Virus record (IMG/VR): IMGVR_UViG_3300033074_001537
Strand: one strand, 5' to 3'
Origin: an uncultured virus (IMG/VR IMGVR_UViG_3300033074_001537)
Lineage: Duplodnaviria; Heunggongvirae; Uroviricota; Caudoviricetes
DNA: 64,000 bases
In this document: positions 45,068-52,891 of the stretch, one piece after another
Position numbering within the stretch: the first letter of the stretch is position 1
How the letters are laid out: the number at the start of each line of letters is the position of its first letter
The notes under the pieces: generated by a model
Told to the model about the DNA's origin: nothing
Seen by the model: only the letters and a program-made list of their open reading frames with translations
Databases searched by the model: none
Position numbers and translations under genes: made by a program

Positions 45068-45376
45068 GTGGCCTGCCGATGTGAGCACTGCGATGAGTTT
45101 CACCCGCGGGCCCACGACTTGTGTGAGTTCTGCGAGGAGCACTGCCCGCACATGATCGAACCGCAGGGAAACTTCGTCGAAGGCTTCCTCGGCATTCAGC
45201 GGTGGCACGCGCACCGGGCCAAGTCGTACCTCGACGATATGGCTGTAGACGGCTCCGTCCATGCCGGCACGCTGATGCGGCACGGCATGGACGGAGTCTT
45301 GCGCGACCTACGCTTGCTGAAAGAGTCGCGTGAGCTCGACCGATGCTTTCTTAGAAGTCTCGATCGAACGCAGTAG
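45068..45376 (+). CDS. Cys/His-rich hypothetical protein
   Basis: CRCEHC...HDLCEFCEEHC. Confidence 0.6.
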   Translation: MACRCEHCDEFHPRAHDLCEFCEEHCPHMIEPQGNFVEGFLGIQRWHAHRAKSYLDDMAVDGSVHAGTLMRHGMDGVLRDLRLLKESRELDRCFLRSLDRTQ

Positions 45377-45381
45377 GCACG

Positions 45382-46362
45382 CTACTTGTTGAGCGCCAGG
45401 ATGGCTTGCGTCGTGGCGGGGCCGACGATGCCGTCAACCTTGAGCCCCGCGTCGCGCTGAAATGCCTGTATGGCGCCGGCACCGCCGTACCCGGCTCGTT
45501 GCAGCTTGCAGGCGAGCACGAAGGCGATCCGCCCTTCTTCGTCGGAGCGCGTGGGCAGCGCCCATCCGAAGCTGAGCGGGTGGTGGAGTGCGCCCGCGAT
45601 GGTGTCCGTACGGCTGACATGGTGCAGCTGATAGTACGGCGCCCAATCCACGTCGGTTAGGTCCGCGGGCCCGTCGGGGGCGTCCGGGCGAATGCCCAGG
45701 TTCCGCACGCCGTCACGCCACGAGGCCAGGGCGCGCGCCTCGCGCCGCGGGAGGGCGCCCCGGTGCGCCATACCGGCGTCACCCGCGGCGCCCGCGGCGT
45801 AGACCTGCGCGGCCGACAGACGCACGGGCGACCGCGCCCCCAACCACGCCGCCCACGGGTAGGTGGTGTGGTAGCTCGGGTGATCGTACGCGGTGTGCCA
45901 CTGCAAGAGCTGCGGGTAGGCTGCCTCGACAGCCTTCAACGACTCTTCGATGGCTTCCTTGAGACGCGACCGCTGTGAAGCATCCGGCGGCGTCTTCCAG
46001 TCCGCCTCGGCGTTCCACACGATCGCGTCGGCGCCCGCGTCGGCTGCGGCGCCGGCACAACGAAGAAACTGCCCGATCGCCCACTTCGTGTTGCGCCCGC
46101 CTTTGGTGACGGACCGCGCCGTGCCATCGACGCCGCAGCCGATGACGAGTCGGTAGCCCTCGCCGCGAAGCAGCGACACGAGACGCTTCGGGGTCCAAGT
46201 GTGGAGCTGCACGGCTTCTGGTCGCGCCTCGGCAAGCAGCTTGGCGACTTCGACGGTGTAGGCGTTGTGAATCCCGCCGGAAGGACTCCAGAGGGTCGGC
46301 ACAAGACCACGGAACGGTGCGCCGCCCACGGCGGCGTCGGGCACAGCAGGGTTGCTCGTCAT
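45382..46362 (-). CDS. Putative endolysin with a C-terminal peptidoglycan-binding domain
   Basis: IQAFQRDAGLKVDGIVGPAT (PG_binding_1); glycoside-hydrolase-like N-terminal part (WNAE, AAQVY). Confidence 0.8.
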   Translation of the reverse strand: MTSNPAVPDAAVGGAPFRGLVPTLWSPSGGIHNAYTVEVAKLLAEARPEAVQLHTWTPKRLVSLLRGEGYRLVIGCGVDGTARSVTKGGRNTKWAIGQFLRCAGAAADAGADAIVWNAEADWKTPPDASQRSRLKEAIEESLKAVEAAYPQLLQWHTAYDHPSYHTTYPWAAWLGARSPVRLSAAQVYAAGAAGDAGMAHRGALPRREARALASWRDGVRNLGIRPDAPDGPADLTDVDWAPYYQLHHVSRTDTIAGALHHPLSFGWALPTRSDEEGRIAFVLACKLQRAGYGGAGAIQAFQRDAGLKVDGIVGPATTQAILALNK

Positions 46363-46387
46363 GGTGCGAGCCTAGCAGGAGCAAAGC

Positions 46388-46870
46388 ATGAGCGAGCTGG
46401 TCGTAGAACCGATCCCTGTCGTGAGCCTAGAGAGCTTGTCTCCCACATCCGTCAGCGTGGGCCCCAGCAGCTTCCTGTGCGCGGTGTGCAGGGTGACACA
46501 GCGTGAAATGTACAACAACGGGCTGTTCATTATCGCACCATGTATCGGGGACAACGGTGTGGTTCGGCGAGCGGTGAACCACCCGGTACTTTGGCTTTGT
46601 CACCAATGCGGGTCGTCGGCCCCGAGGATGGTCAGGGCCGATTGCTGGTTTATAACAACCACGCCACAAGCCCACCACCCTTTCATCGTGCGTGTGTCGA
46701 TGCACCTCGCCAGTCAAAAGACCAAAGACGGGCGGGATATTGCCCTGCTGGCACGGCGTGCGATGGACTTCGAGGGTCCGTTCACATGGCGGCTCGTTGG
46801 CCCGCACGAAGCGGCCATCGCCTACTACGAGGCTGTCGCGACGATGGTGGTGATGACACATGGAGATTGA
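46388..46870 (+). CDS. CxxC hypothetical protein (C-terminal motif family)
   Basis: CAVC...CHQC; ends EAVATMVVMTHGD. Confidence 0.7.
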   Translation: MSELVVEPIPVVSLESLSPTSVSVGPSSFLCAVCRVTQREMYNNGLFIIAPCIGDNGVVRRAVNHPVLWLCHQCGSSAPRMVRADCWFITTTPQAHHPFIVRVSMHLASQKTKDGRDIALLARRAMDFEGPFTWRLVGPHEAAIAYYEAVATMVVMTHGD

Positions 46871-47459
46871 ATACTTTAATGAAAGAGTGGTGATGAGCGG
46901 ATTCGGCGACGCAGCCCGCTTTTACGAAGGTGAGTCGCGGAAAAGCTGCATGATCTGCCGCAAGAACACTGAGAATACATCGACAACAAGAATGCTGTTC
47001 CTGCGCCGCATCGGTTACGAAGTCGTGGACTTCGGCCCCCTGTGTGGAGCCTGCCTCTCGGGCACGAGAAGCGTGAACCTCCACTGCGGCGCGCGACCGG
47101 CGAATACAGCTCTCACCGGCCCCACCGCGGTGCTCGAATTCACCGTGCGCAAAACATTCAGAGTCATTGCGCGCATCGAGTACATGGGGGTCTTCAATTC
47201 TTATAAGCAAGCGCTCGGAGTGCGGCACTACGGGAAGAAGCCGAACTCGATGCTGATGGGCATGTGGGTTCTCACGGACCTCAAGGTGTACACGCGCGAG
47301 CCGGAAGGGCACCTTGCCCTCGTGCAGCAGGTTGACCTCTACCCGTACGGTACCGTGGGGCGGCGAGGGGAAATGGAAACCCACGCGCGGAACATCGCTG
47401 AGGAGTTTGCCGATGAGTACGCGAAAGCCGTTGTCGATGACATCACCAGGACCGATTAA
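46860..47459 (+). CDS. CxxC hypothetical protein (C-terminal motif family)
   Basis: CMIC...CGAC; ends YAKAVVDDITRTD. Confidence 0.7.
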   Translation: MEIEYFNERVVMSGFGDAARFYEGESRKSCMICRKNTENTSTTRMLFLRRIGYEVVDFGPLCGACLSGTRSVNLHCGARPANTALTGPTAVLEFTVRKTFRVIARIEYMGVFNSYKQALGVRHYGKKPNSMLMGMWVLTDLKVYTREPEGHLALVQQVDLYPYGTVGRRGEMETHARNIAEEFADEYAKAVVDDITRTD

Positions 47460-47895
47460 ATTTCTCGACTTCGCCGTGGACTGCCAGTCGGGCAGGCAGC
47501 ACGCAGAAAGCCCCGATGGCCCACTCATGTCAGGGGCGCCGATCTGCGGCGAAGACGGGAAGCACACTTGCTACCTACCCTGTCTGCGGCGCACCGAGCT
47601 CTACTACCCCGCCTGCCGGCGGCAGGGTGGGAAGTGCGGTGGGCCTGAGTATCACGTCACCATTCGTATAAAAGTGGGTGCGCTATACGCGGTGTACCGC
47701 GTGACCAACACGATGCGCCGCCGCTGCTGGTACGTCTATGTGACCGTGCACGTCGGGGGAAAGAGCAACAGTTGGGGGATCGTCGAAGACGCCCCCGTGC
47801 GCACGGCGCAGCAAATAAAAGACCTCGGGTTTCACGAAATTGTCGTGAGGATGGTCAGCGAACCCGTGGTCGCAGCCATGACGAAGGAAAGCTAA
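47413..47895 (+). CDS. Cys-rich hypothetical protein (C-terminal motif family)
   Basis: GAGGAG before ATG 47413; ends VSEPVVAAMTKES. Confidence 0.65.
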   Translation: MSTRKPLSMTSPGPIKFLDFAVDCQSGRQHAESPDGPLMSGAPICGEDGKHTCYLPCLRRTELYYPACRRQGGKCGGPEYHVTIRIKVGALYAVYRVTNTMRRRCWYVYVTVHVGGKSNSWGIVEDAPVRTAQQIKDLGFHEIVVRMVSEPVVAAMTKES

Positions 47896-48345
47896 ATGGA
47901 CACGTGCGTAGACGAAGCGCTGAATCGCGGCGATCAGTGCACCCGCGAGCCGCGGCTGCTGTTCCACAACCCGGTGGGGTTGTGCTCTACCGAACCCCTT
48001 GGGAACGAGCCGTGCCGTGCGGTTTCGTACACCGTCAGGATGTCGTACAAAGGCATTACGATCGTGGCCCAGCTCTCGCTCAACGCGGCGGACAGGAACA
48101 ACATGCTCGTACCGCGATGGCGCTGTCAGCAACCACACATGGGGTCCACGAAAGAGTTTAGCGACGCGTGGTTGCGTCTGCATAAGAACGGCTACGACAA
48201 GAAAATGCAGTTGTACCCGCGGTGGCCTGTGCGCGCGGCGTCGAAAGAATTTCTTGAGCAGCGTCTCAGAGATAGTTTGAAAGAGCACGTCGATCGTATC
48301 TTCGCGGCAGACACCGCGCTGCGAATGACGGAGCACACGCCGTGA
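47896..48345 (+). CDS. Hypothetical protein (C-terminal motif family)
   Basis: AAGGA RBS; ends FAADTALRMTEHTP. Confidence 0.7.
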   Translation: MDTCVDEALNRGDQCTREPRLLFHNPVGLCSTEPLGNEPCRAVSYTVRMSYKGITIVAQLSLNAADRNNMLVPRWRCQQPHMGSTKEFSDAWLRLHKNGYDKKMQLYPRWPVRAASKEFLEQRLRDSLKEHVDRIFAADTALRMTEHTP

Positions 48346-48731
48346 CACCCACACCCGGTAATTCGGTCTGCGCGCGCATCGGTGCGTTCGGGTGGAGACG
48401 CAACGTGTGCCCCCCGCATTCACGGGGGCAATGCCGCCGCGCGTGCATAGAGGTGAGCACGCGAATGGGTGGCTTCCAAGCTACAGCATACTTCACGCGT
48501 GACGCGACTCGCGGCGTGTGGGTGTTCGCACGCGACCATTATGGGGACGCCCGCGTGTGGGGTGTATGGGTGCGCGATGAGCTTGCGGTCAAGTACCGCG
48601 ATGCCACGACATTCACCGTGGACACCGCCCGCACATTCGTGGAGCTAGACAATGCAAAAGAATACCTGCGAGAGCGCATCGACGCCGTGTGGGCCGGTAT
48701 CACCGCGGCTGCTATGGCGTGCACCGACTGA
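48342..48731 (+). CDS. Hypothetical protein (C-terminal motif family)
   Basis: GTGA overlap; ends WAGITAAAMACTD. Confidence 0.7.
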   Translation: MTPTPGNSVCARIGAFGWRRNVCPPHSRGQCRRACIEVSTRMGGFQATAYFTRDATRGVWVFARDHYGDARVWGVWVRDELAVKYRDATTFTVDTARTFVELDNAKEYLRERIDAVWAGITAAAMACTD

Positions 48732-49092
48732 CAGCGCAAAGCCGCCAGAAGTCTGCAAGACCTGCGGGAGCGACCCCTGGTATCCGAATCTACCCACCGA
48801 TCGGTGCGTATACCCGATGGTGTATCACATGACGATCCCCGCACTCGACTCCCGTGTTGGTATGACTCTGCGCTTCGCTCGTATGGGCGGTCGGTGGAGA
48901 TGCGACCTCTGGATTTCTTGGGACGCAGCGTTTCGCACTACGATGCACCGCGACACCATGCGGCAGATTGAAAAAGCCCGAGTGATCCCCGCGGAAACCA
49001 CGACCGATAGCTGGTTGGAGGGGCTCGACTGGGCGCTCACCCACGCCGAGTGGGTAGAGGCTTGCTTCATAAGCAGCCTTTTGGCTAAATAA
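48652..49092 (+). CDS. Hypothetical protein (C-terminal motif family), start uncertain
   Basis: CKTC; ends EACFISSLLAK. Confidence 0.6.
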   Translation: MQKNTCESASTPCGPVSPRLLWRAPTDSAKPPEVCKTCGSDPWYPNLPTDRCVYPMVYHMTIPALDSRVGMTLRFARMGGRWRCDLWISWDAAFRTTMHRDTMRQIEKARVIPAETTTDSWLEGLDWALTHAEWVEACFISSLLAK

Positions 49093-49125
49093 AAAGCCCA
49101 CCCAAGCCGAATGCCTGGGTGGGCT
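49091..49125 (-). terminator. Terminator at the convergence of the plus and minus blocks
   Basis: aaaa-agcccaccca...tgggtgggct; U-tract on the minus strand. Confidence 0.75.
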
Positions 49126-49166
49126 CGTTCGTGGGGGGTGAACGTACTACCGACTCTACAGCAGCG

Positions 49167-49793
49167 TTACCCGAGGAGCCACCGCGGGCCACCGCGGGCA
49201 GCGAGCAGTTCGTTCAGCCGAAGCACAGGCTTCGTGCGGAGCACCCCGTTGGCGATCGACGTGAGCGCAATCTCGCTCATGTCCCCGGCAAGTACCCGCG
49301 CCTTGGCACCGAGCTCGCCGTTGAGGTTGTAGCCCTGCGTCAGCCCCGCGCAGACCGACTCGGGGGTGTAGGTGCTCGGGTCGCCTTCGAGCACCGCGAG
49401 GGCTTCGGGGCCGGTGCGGTACGCCTGCGCCTCGTACGCCGCGAGCGCTTCCATGACCGTGAGGTAGAGCCACACGAACCTGATGGGGTCCGCGAAGAAC
49501 TGCTCGACGTGAACGAGCTCGTGCAGCAACACGAGGATGCGCTGCTTACGGCTCCACTTGCGCGGGATGAAGACGAACATCCCGAGCGTGGTGGCGTAGT
49601 TCTCCAGAAACTCCTTCGGTGCGGGCACCCCCGGCAAAAGCCCGAGCTGGCGCCCGACCCCAAAGGCTTCTGCCACGCCGCGCATGACGAAGTTGTCTTC
49701 CTTGTCGAGCACGATGGCGCCAGTGCCCTTCACGAGCTCCGCTTCGAGCTCGGCGCACCGCTCGTCGTTCCACTCCCTGTCGATCAGTTGCAT
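49167..49793 (-). CDS. HExxH zinc metallopeptidase-like protein
   Basis: YATTLG...LLHELVHVEQF...YEAQAY. Confidence 0.75.
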   Translation of the reverse strand: MQLIDREWNDERCAELEAELVKGTGAIVLDKEDNFVMRGVAEAFGVGRQLGLLPGVPAPKEFLENYATTLGMFVFIPRKWSRKQRILVLLHELVHVEQFFADPIRFVWLYLTVMEALAAYEAQAYRTGPEALAVLEGDPSTYTPESVCAGLTQGYNLNGELGAKARVLAGDMSEIALTSIANGVLRTKPVLRLNELLAARGGPRWLLG

Positions 49794-50107
49794 CGGGCGT
49801 CTCCTTCGGCTTCGTGGATCACCACGACGGTTGCGGTGTGCGTGTAGAGCTTGATGTGCTGATGGCACGGGCGTGGTGACACGCACCGCGGGCACTCGCT
49901 CGACGTGGCGAAGTCATCTTCGGCCCACTCATACAGCGCACCTACGTCGGGGGCGCGCAGCGGGCTCTTGGCGGCGTGCTCGGGTACTTCGACGCTGCCT
50001 TCGGCGTCGTTTTCCTCGACGATCCACCCGGCGCCGTGCCTACGAATATCCACCTCGCGGCGAACTTCGTAGGTCGGAAGGTCACTGTGCGTCGGTGGTT
50101 CCGGCAT
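49784..50107 (-). CDS. Hypothetical protein
   Basis: CPRC...CHQH; overlaps both neighbours. Confidence 0.5.
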   Translation of the reverse strand: MPEPPTHSDLPTYEVRREVDIRRHGAGWIVEENDAEGSVEVPEHAAKSPLRAPDVGALYEWAEDDFATSSECPRCVSPRPCHQHIKLYTHTATVVVIHEAEGDARCN

Positions 50108-50654
50108 CGCCGCTGACCATGCACGCGAGGGCGGGCACACACGCGTGGACGAGCCGCCCCCGTGGGGACAGCGCCTCGCAGCACACCGCCCCCGGCGTTG
50201 TCGAGCAGGGCTCCCCGTTCACCTCCACGGGCGTCCACCGCTGCGTCTGGCTGCACACTTCGGGGCTGTTGTTGTGGCAGCGGGTCGAGCTCGGCACACA
50301 CCCCGAAGGGTTGGGCAGCCGCGGGCACGCCGCGAGCACGAGGGTCGCCAGGGTGAACACCCCAGCGAGCCACACGAGCGACGCCCACCGAACGTGGCCC
50401 GACTGCCCCCGCGGGGGCTCCTCGGGCTTGGGCTCCGTGGGCTGAAACAGGCTGCGCCCGACGACGGGCCACGAGAGCTTGTTCTGTGCCCCGTTGCGGG
50501 TGACCGCCGAGAGCCGGTCGATCAGCAGCTCGACGAGCGCCTTCGGTCGGCCCTTGAGCATCGGGTTGACGAGGTTCACGAGCACGAACAGCGCGACGAC
50601 GCACACCTCGAACGGGTGCGCGAGAATCCACGTCCAGACCGACTGCATGTTCAT
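50082..50654 (-). CDS. Membrane protein: holin-like N-terminus, internal lipobox, Cys-rich C-terminus
   Basis: MNM dual start, TM segment, second hydrophobic stretch ending LAAC, Cys-rich domain, DAG tail. Confidence 0.7.
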   Translation of the reverse strand: MNMQSVWTWILAHPFEVCVVALFVLVNLVNPMLKGRPKALVELLIDRLSAVTRNGAQNKLSWPVVGRSLFQPTEPKPEEPPRGQSGHVRWASLVWLAGVFTLATLVLAACPRLPNPSGCVPSSTRCHNNSPEVCSQTQRWTPVEVNGEPCSTTPGAVCCEALSPRGRLVHACVPALACMVSGDAGTTDAQ

Positions 50655-51187
50655 TGGGTACCTTTCTCGGGCGCGTGGTGCCGCCGAATCTCATCGATCA
50701 AGTCCTCGTACCGCCGTTCTTGCTGCTCACGGAGTGCGCGCTCTGCACGAAGCTCCTGCGCCATCACCTCGACGCGCGCCGCGGCGTCCTGCGCGACAGC
50801 CATAGCGCCGACGAGTTCTCTGTGGCAGTCGTCGCGCTGCCGGACAAGCTCCTCTTTTGCGGCGTTCGCCGCGGCTTCGACCATCGCGATGCGCGTGTGC
50901 AGGTCACGGTTCTGGTCGAACAGCCCGCGAATCATCGCCTGCACGGTCATGTTCGACGCTTCGATCGCTGCGCGCTCCGCGATCACCTCTTGCGTGCGTA
51001 CGGCGCTGACCGCTTCGAGCGTGGCTTGCTCGGTGCGCTCCTCCGCAACCCGTGCCGCGGTGAGGGACCGCACCTCGGAAGCGCGCCGCATCTCGCGCGA
51101 GCGAAAGTACCCGGCGGCGGCGCCGACGCCGCCACCCGCACCGAATACTGCGCTGAGCAGCGGGATCAGTAGTTCGCTCATCGCCAT
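50651..51187 (-). CDS. N-terminally anchored coiled-coil protein (holin- or i-spanin-like)
   Basis: Hydrophobic/Gly N-terminus followed by a long coiled coil. Confidence 0.7.
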   Translation of the reverse strand: MAMSELLIPLLSAVFGAGGGVGAAAGYFRSREMRRASEVRSLTAARVAEERTEQATLEAVSAVRTQEVIAERAAIEASNMTVQAMIRGLFDQNRDLHTRIAMVEAAANAAKEELVRQRDDCHRELVGAMAVAQDAAARVEVMAQELRAERALREQQERRYEDLIDEIRRHHAPEKGTQ

Positions 51188-51188
51188 G

Positions 51189-51590
51189 TCACACCCCCGC
51201 GGAGGGCTGGAGGGAGTACACGGCAAGCGGCACGACTACAGTACGGTCGCTCCCCTCGACCATCACCACGTCGTAGACGTAGCGGCCAGGGTCCATCGTA
51301 TTGTTCGCCGCGGTGACGGGGAACGTCACGACACCCCGAGCCGCGTCGGTCAGCACGCCGGCCACCGAGAACCCCGGCGGCACGGTGCGCTGGAGGGTGT
51401 TTCGCTTCACCGTGAGCGTGAGGGTTTTCCCCGTCAGGTTGTGCGGGGAGCCATCGGCGTTCACGACGTAGACCGTGACCGTGAGGTTCGACTTCGCTTG
51501 CGCGGTGAGCTGGTGCCCCGCGGACTGCGTAAGCGCGGTGCTCAGCCGCGATCCGTCGTAGACGATGCCGAGTAGGGTTTGTGCGTTCAT
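51189..51590 (-). CDS. BppU-like baseplate/tail Ig-fold protein
   Basis: NLTGKTL...DAARGVVTF...DPGRYVYDV. Confidence 0.65.
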   Translation of the reverse strand: MNAQTLLGIVYDGSRLSTALTQSAGHQLTAQAKSNLTVTVYVVNADGSPHNLTGKTLTLTVKRNTLQRTVPPGFSVAGVLTDAARGVVTFPVTAANNTMDPGRYVYDVVMVEGSDRTVVVPLAVYSLQPSAGV

Positions 51591-51922
51591 CACAGCCTCG
51601 CGGTGACGACGATGGTGCCGTAGCTGCCGTCGTCGGGGACGACCACGACGGTAGCGCCCACGGTGACGACGTACTGGTAGTCGTACGTCCCCGGCTGGAG
51701 GTCGCTGGCCCCAAACGTAGTGTCCACGTTGCCGTCGGTGGCGGGGGATACGACCGAAGGGGTTTTCGTGACGCGCACGCCGAGGTCGCGGTGCTTCGCA
51801 ACGAGGCTCACCGTCGCTGCTGTCAGGTCGATCGGCTCCCCGCCCTGTGTCAGCGTGTCGCGCAGCACGGGGAGGGTGGCGCCCTCGCTGATATAGAACT
51901 CCGACAAGCACCCGCAGCTCAT
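51590..51922 (-). CDS. BppU-like baseplate/tail protein
   Basis: IDLTAATV...DGNV...DLQPGTYDYQ. Confidence 0.65.
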   Translation of the reverse strand: MSCGCLSEFYISEGATLPVLRDTLTQGGEPIDLTAATVSLVAKHRDLGVRVTKTPSVVSPATDGNVDTTFGASDLQPGTYDYQYVVTVGATVVVVPDDGSYGTIVVTARL

Positions 51923-52881
51923 GGTCGCCTCCGTCGCACGGACGATACCGCGCGGGCACGCCCCGCGGCAGTCGTCGTTTCACGGGCGACCGGGGCGGGG
52001 GCCGTTGTCTCCCGACCGACGCCGGCCGCCGAGGTGACAGGGCGTACCTGCGGGCCGAGGTTTGTGGCCGACCGCGGCGCGAGGCGGAACACATACAGGC
52101 TGCCAGACGCAGCACCTACGCCGGCTGCGACGCCCGCAATCCCAACGATGTTTGAAAGGTTGCCAGCGGTAGCCGCAACACCGACTGCGGCGCCAGCCAA
52201 CCCTCGGGAAACCGCGGCGGCGCCCGATGCGCCCGCCACGCCGTCGGTCTGGCCCGCGACGTAGATAACCCGGCTGATCGTTCCGCTGACGGCGGCCGCA
52301 CCATCCGTTTGACCGGCGAGCCCGCGGGTTGCGACGACGGCGCCCGACACCGTGGCGACACCGGCAGCCCCGCCAGCCAGGGGCCGGGCTACAGCGAGGG
52401 CGCCGGAAACACTCGCCGCACCATCCGTCTGCCCGACCAGCCCTCGGGTGACCGCGGCGGCGCCTGATACGGTGGCGGCGCCCGCAGATACTCCCGCGAG
52501 AGCTACCGTGACCGCCACCGAGCCACTTGCGTTGGCGACGCCATCGGCAGCACCGACCAAGGCGCGCGTGGCTACGAGCGCGCCGCTTGCGGTGGCAGCT
52601 CCATCGGACTGCCCAGCGAGAGTACGGGCAATGGTGATCGCACCCGCAGCGCTTGCGGTACCGTCAACCTGCCCCGCAAGGGTACGGGTAACCGCGAGCG
52701 CGCCGGCCGCGGTAGCAGCACCGTCGGTCTGACCAGCAATTGCGCGCGTGACCGCAAGGGTACCGGCCGCGGTTGCTACGCCGTCAGTTTGCCCCGCGAG
52801 GGCGACGCTGGAACCCGGCGTATCGAGCGCAATGTCGAATCCACCCGCACCGTTGTCGCGAAGCTCGATGTCGAACGACAC
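51919..52881 (-). CDS. Virion protein with 20-aa Ala/Gly/Thr repeats
   Basis: About 12 copies of LAGQTDGAATAAGALAVTRT-like units; AGGAGG RBS. Confidence 0.8.
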   Translation of the reverse strand: MSFDIELRDNGAGGFDIALDTPGSSVALAGQTDGVATAAGTLAVTRAIAGQTDGAATAAGALAVTRTLAGQVDGTASAAGAITIARTLAGQSDGAATASGALVATRALVGAADGVANASGSVAVTVALAGVSAGAATVSGAAAVTRGLVGQTDGAASVSGALAVARPLAGGAAGVATVSGAVVATRGLAGQTDGAAAVSGTISRVIYVAGQTDGVAGASGAAAVSRGLAGAAVGVAATAGNLSNIVGIAGVAAGVGAASGSLYVFRLAPRSATNLGPQVRPVTSAAGVGRETTAPAPVARETTTAAGRARAVSSVRRRRP

Positions 52882-52891
52882 GGCGAGCCTC

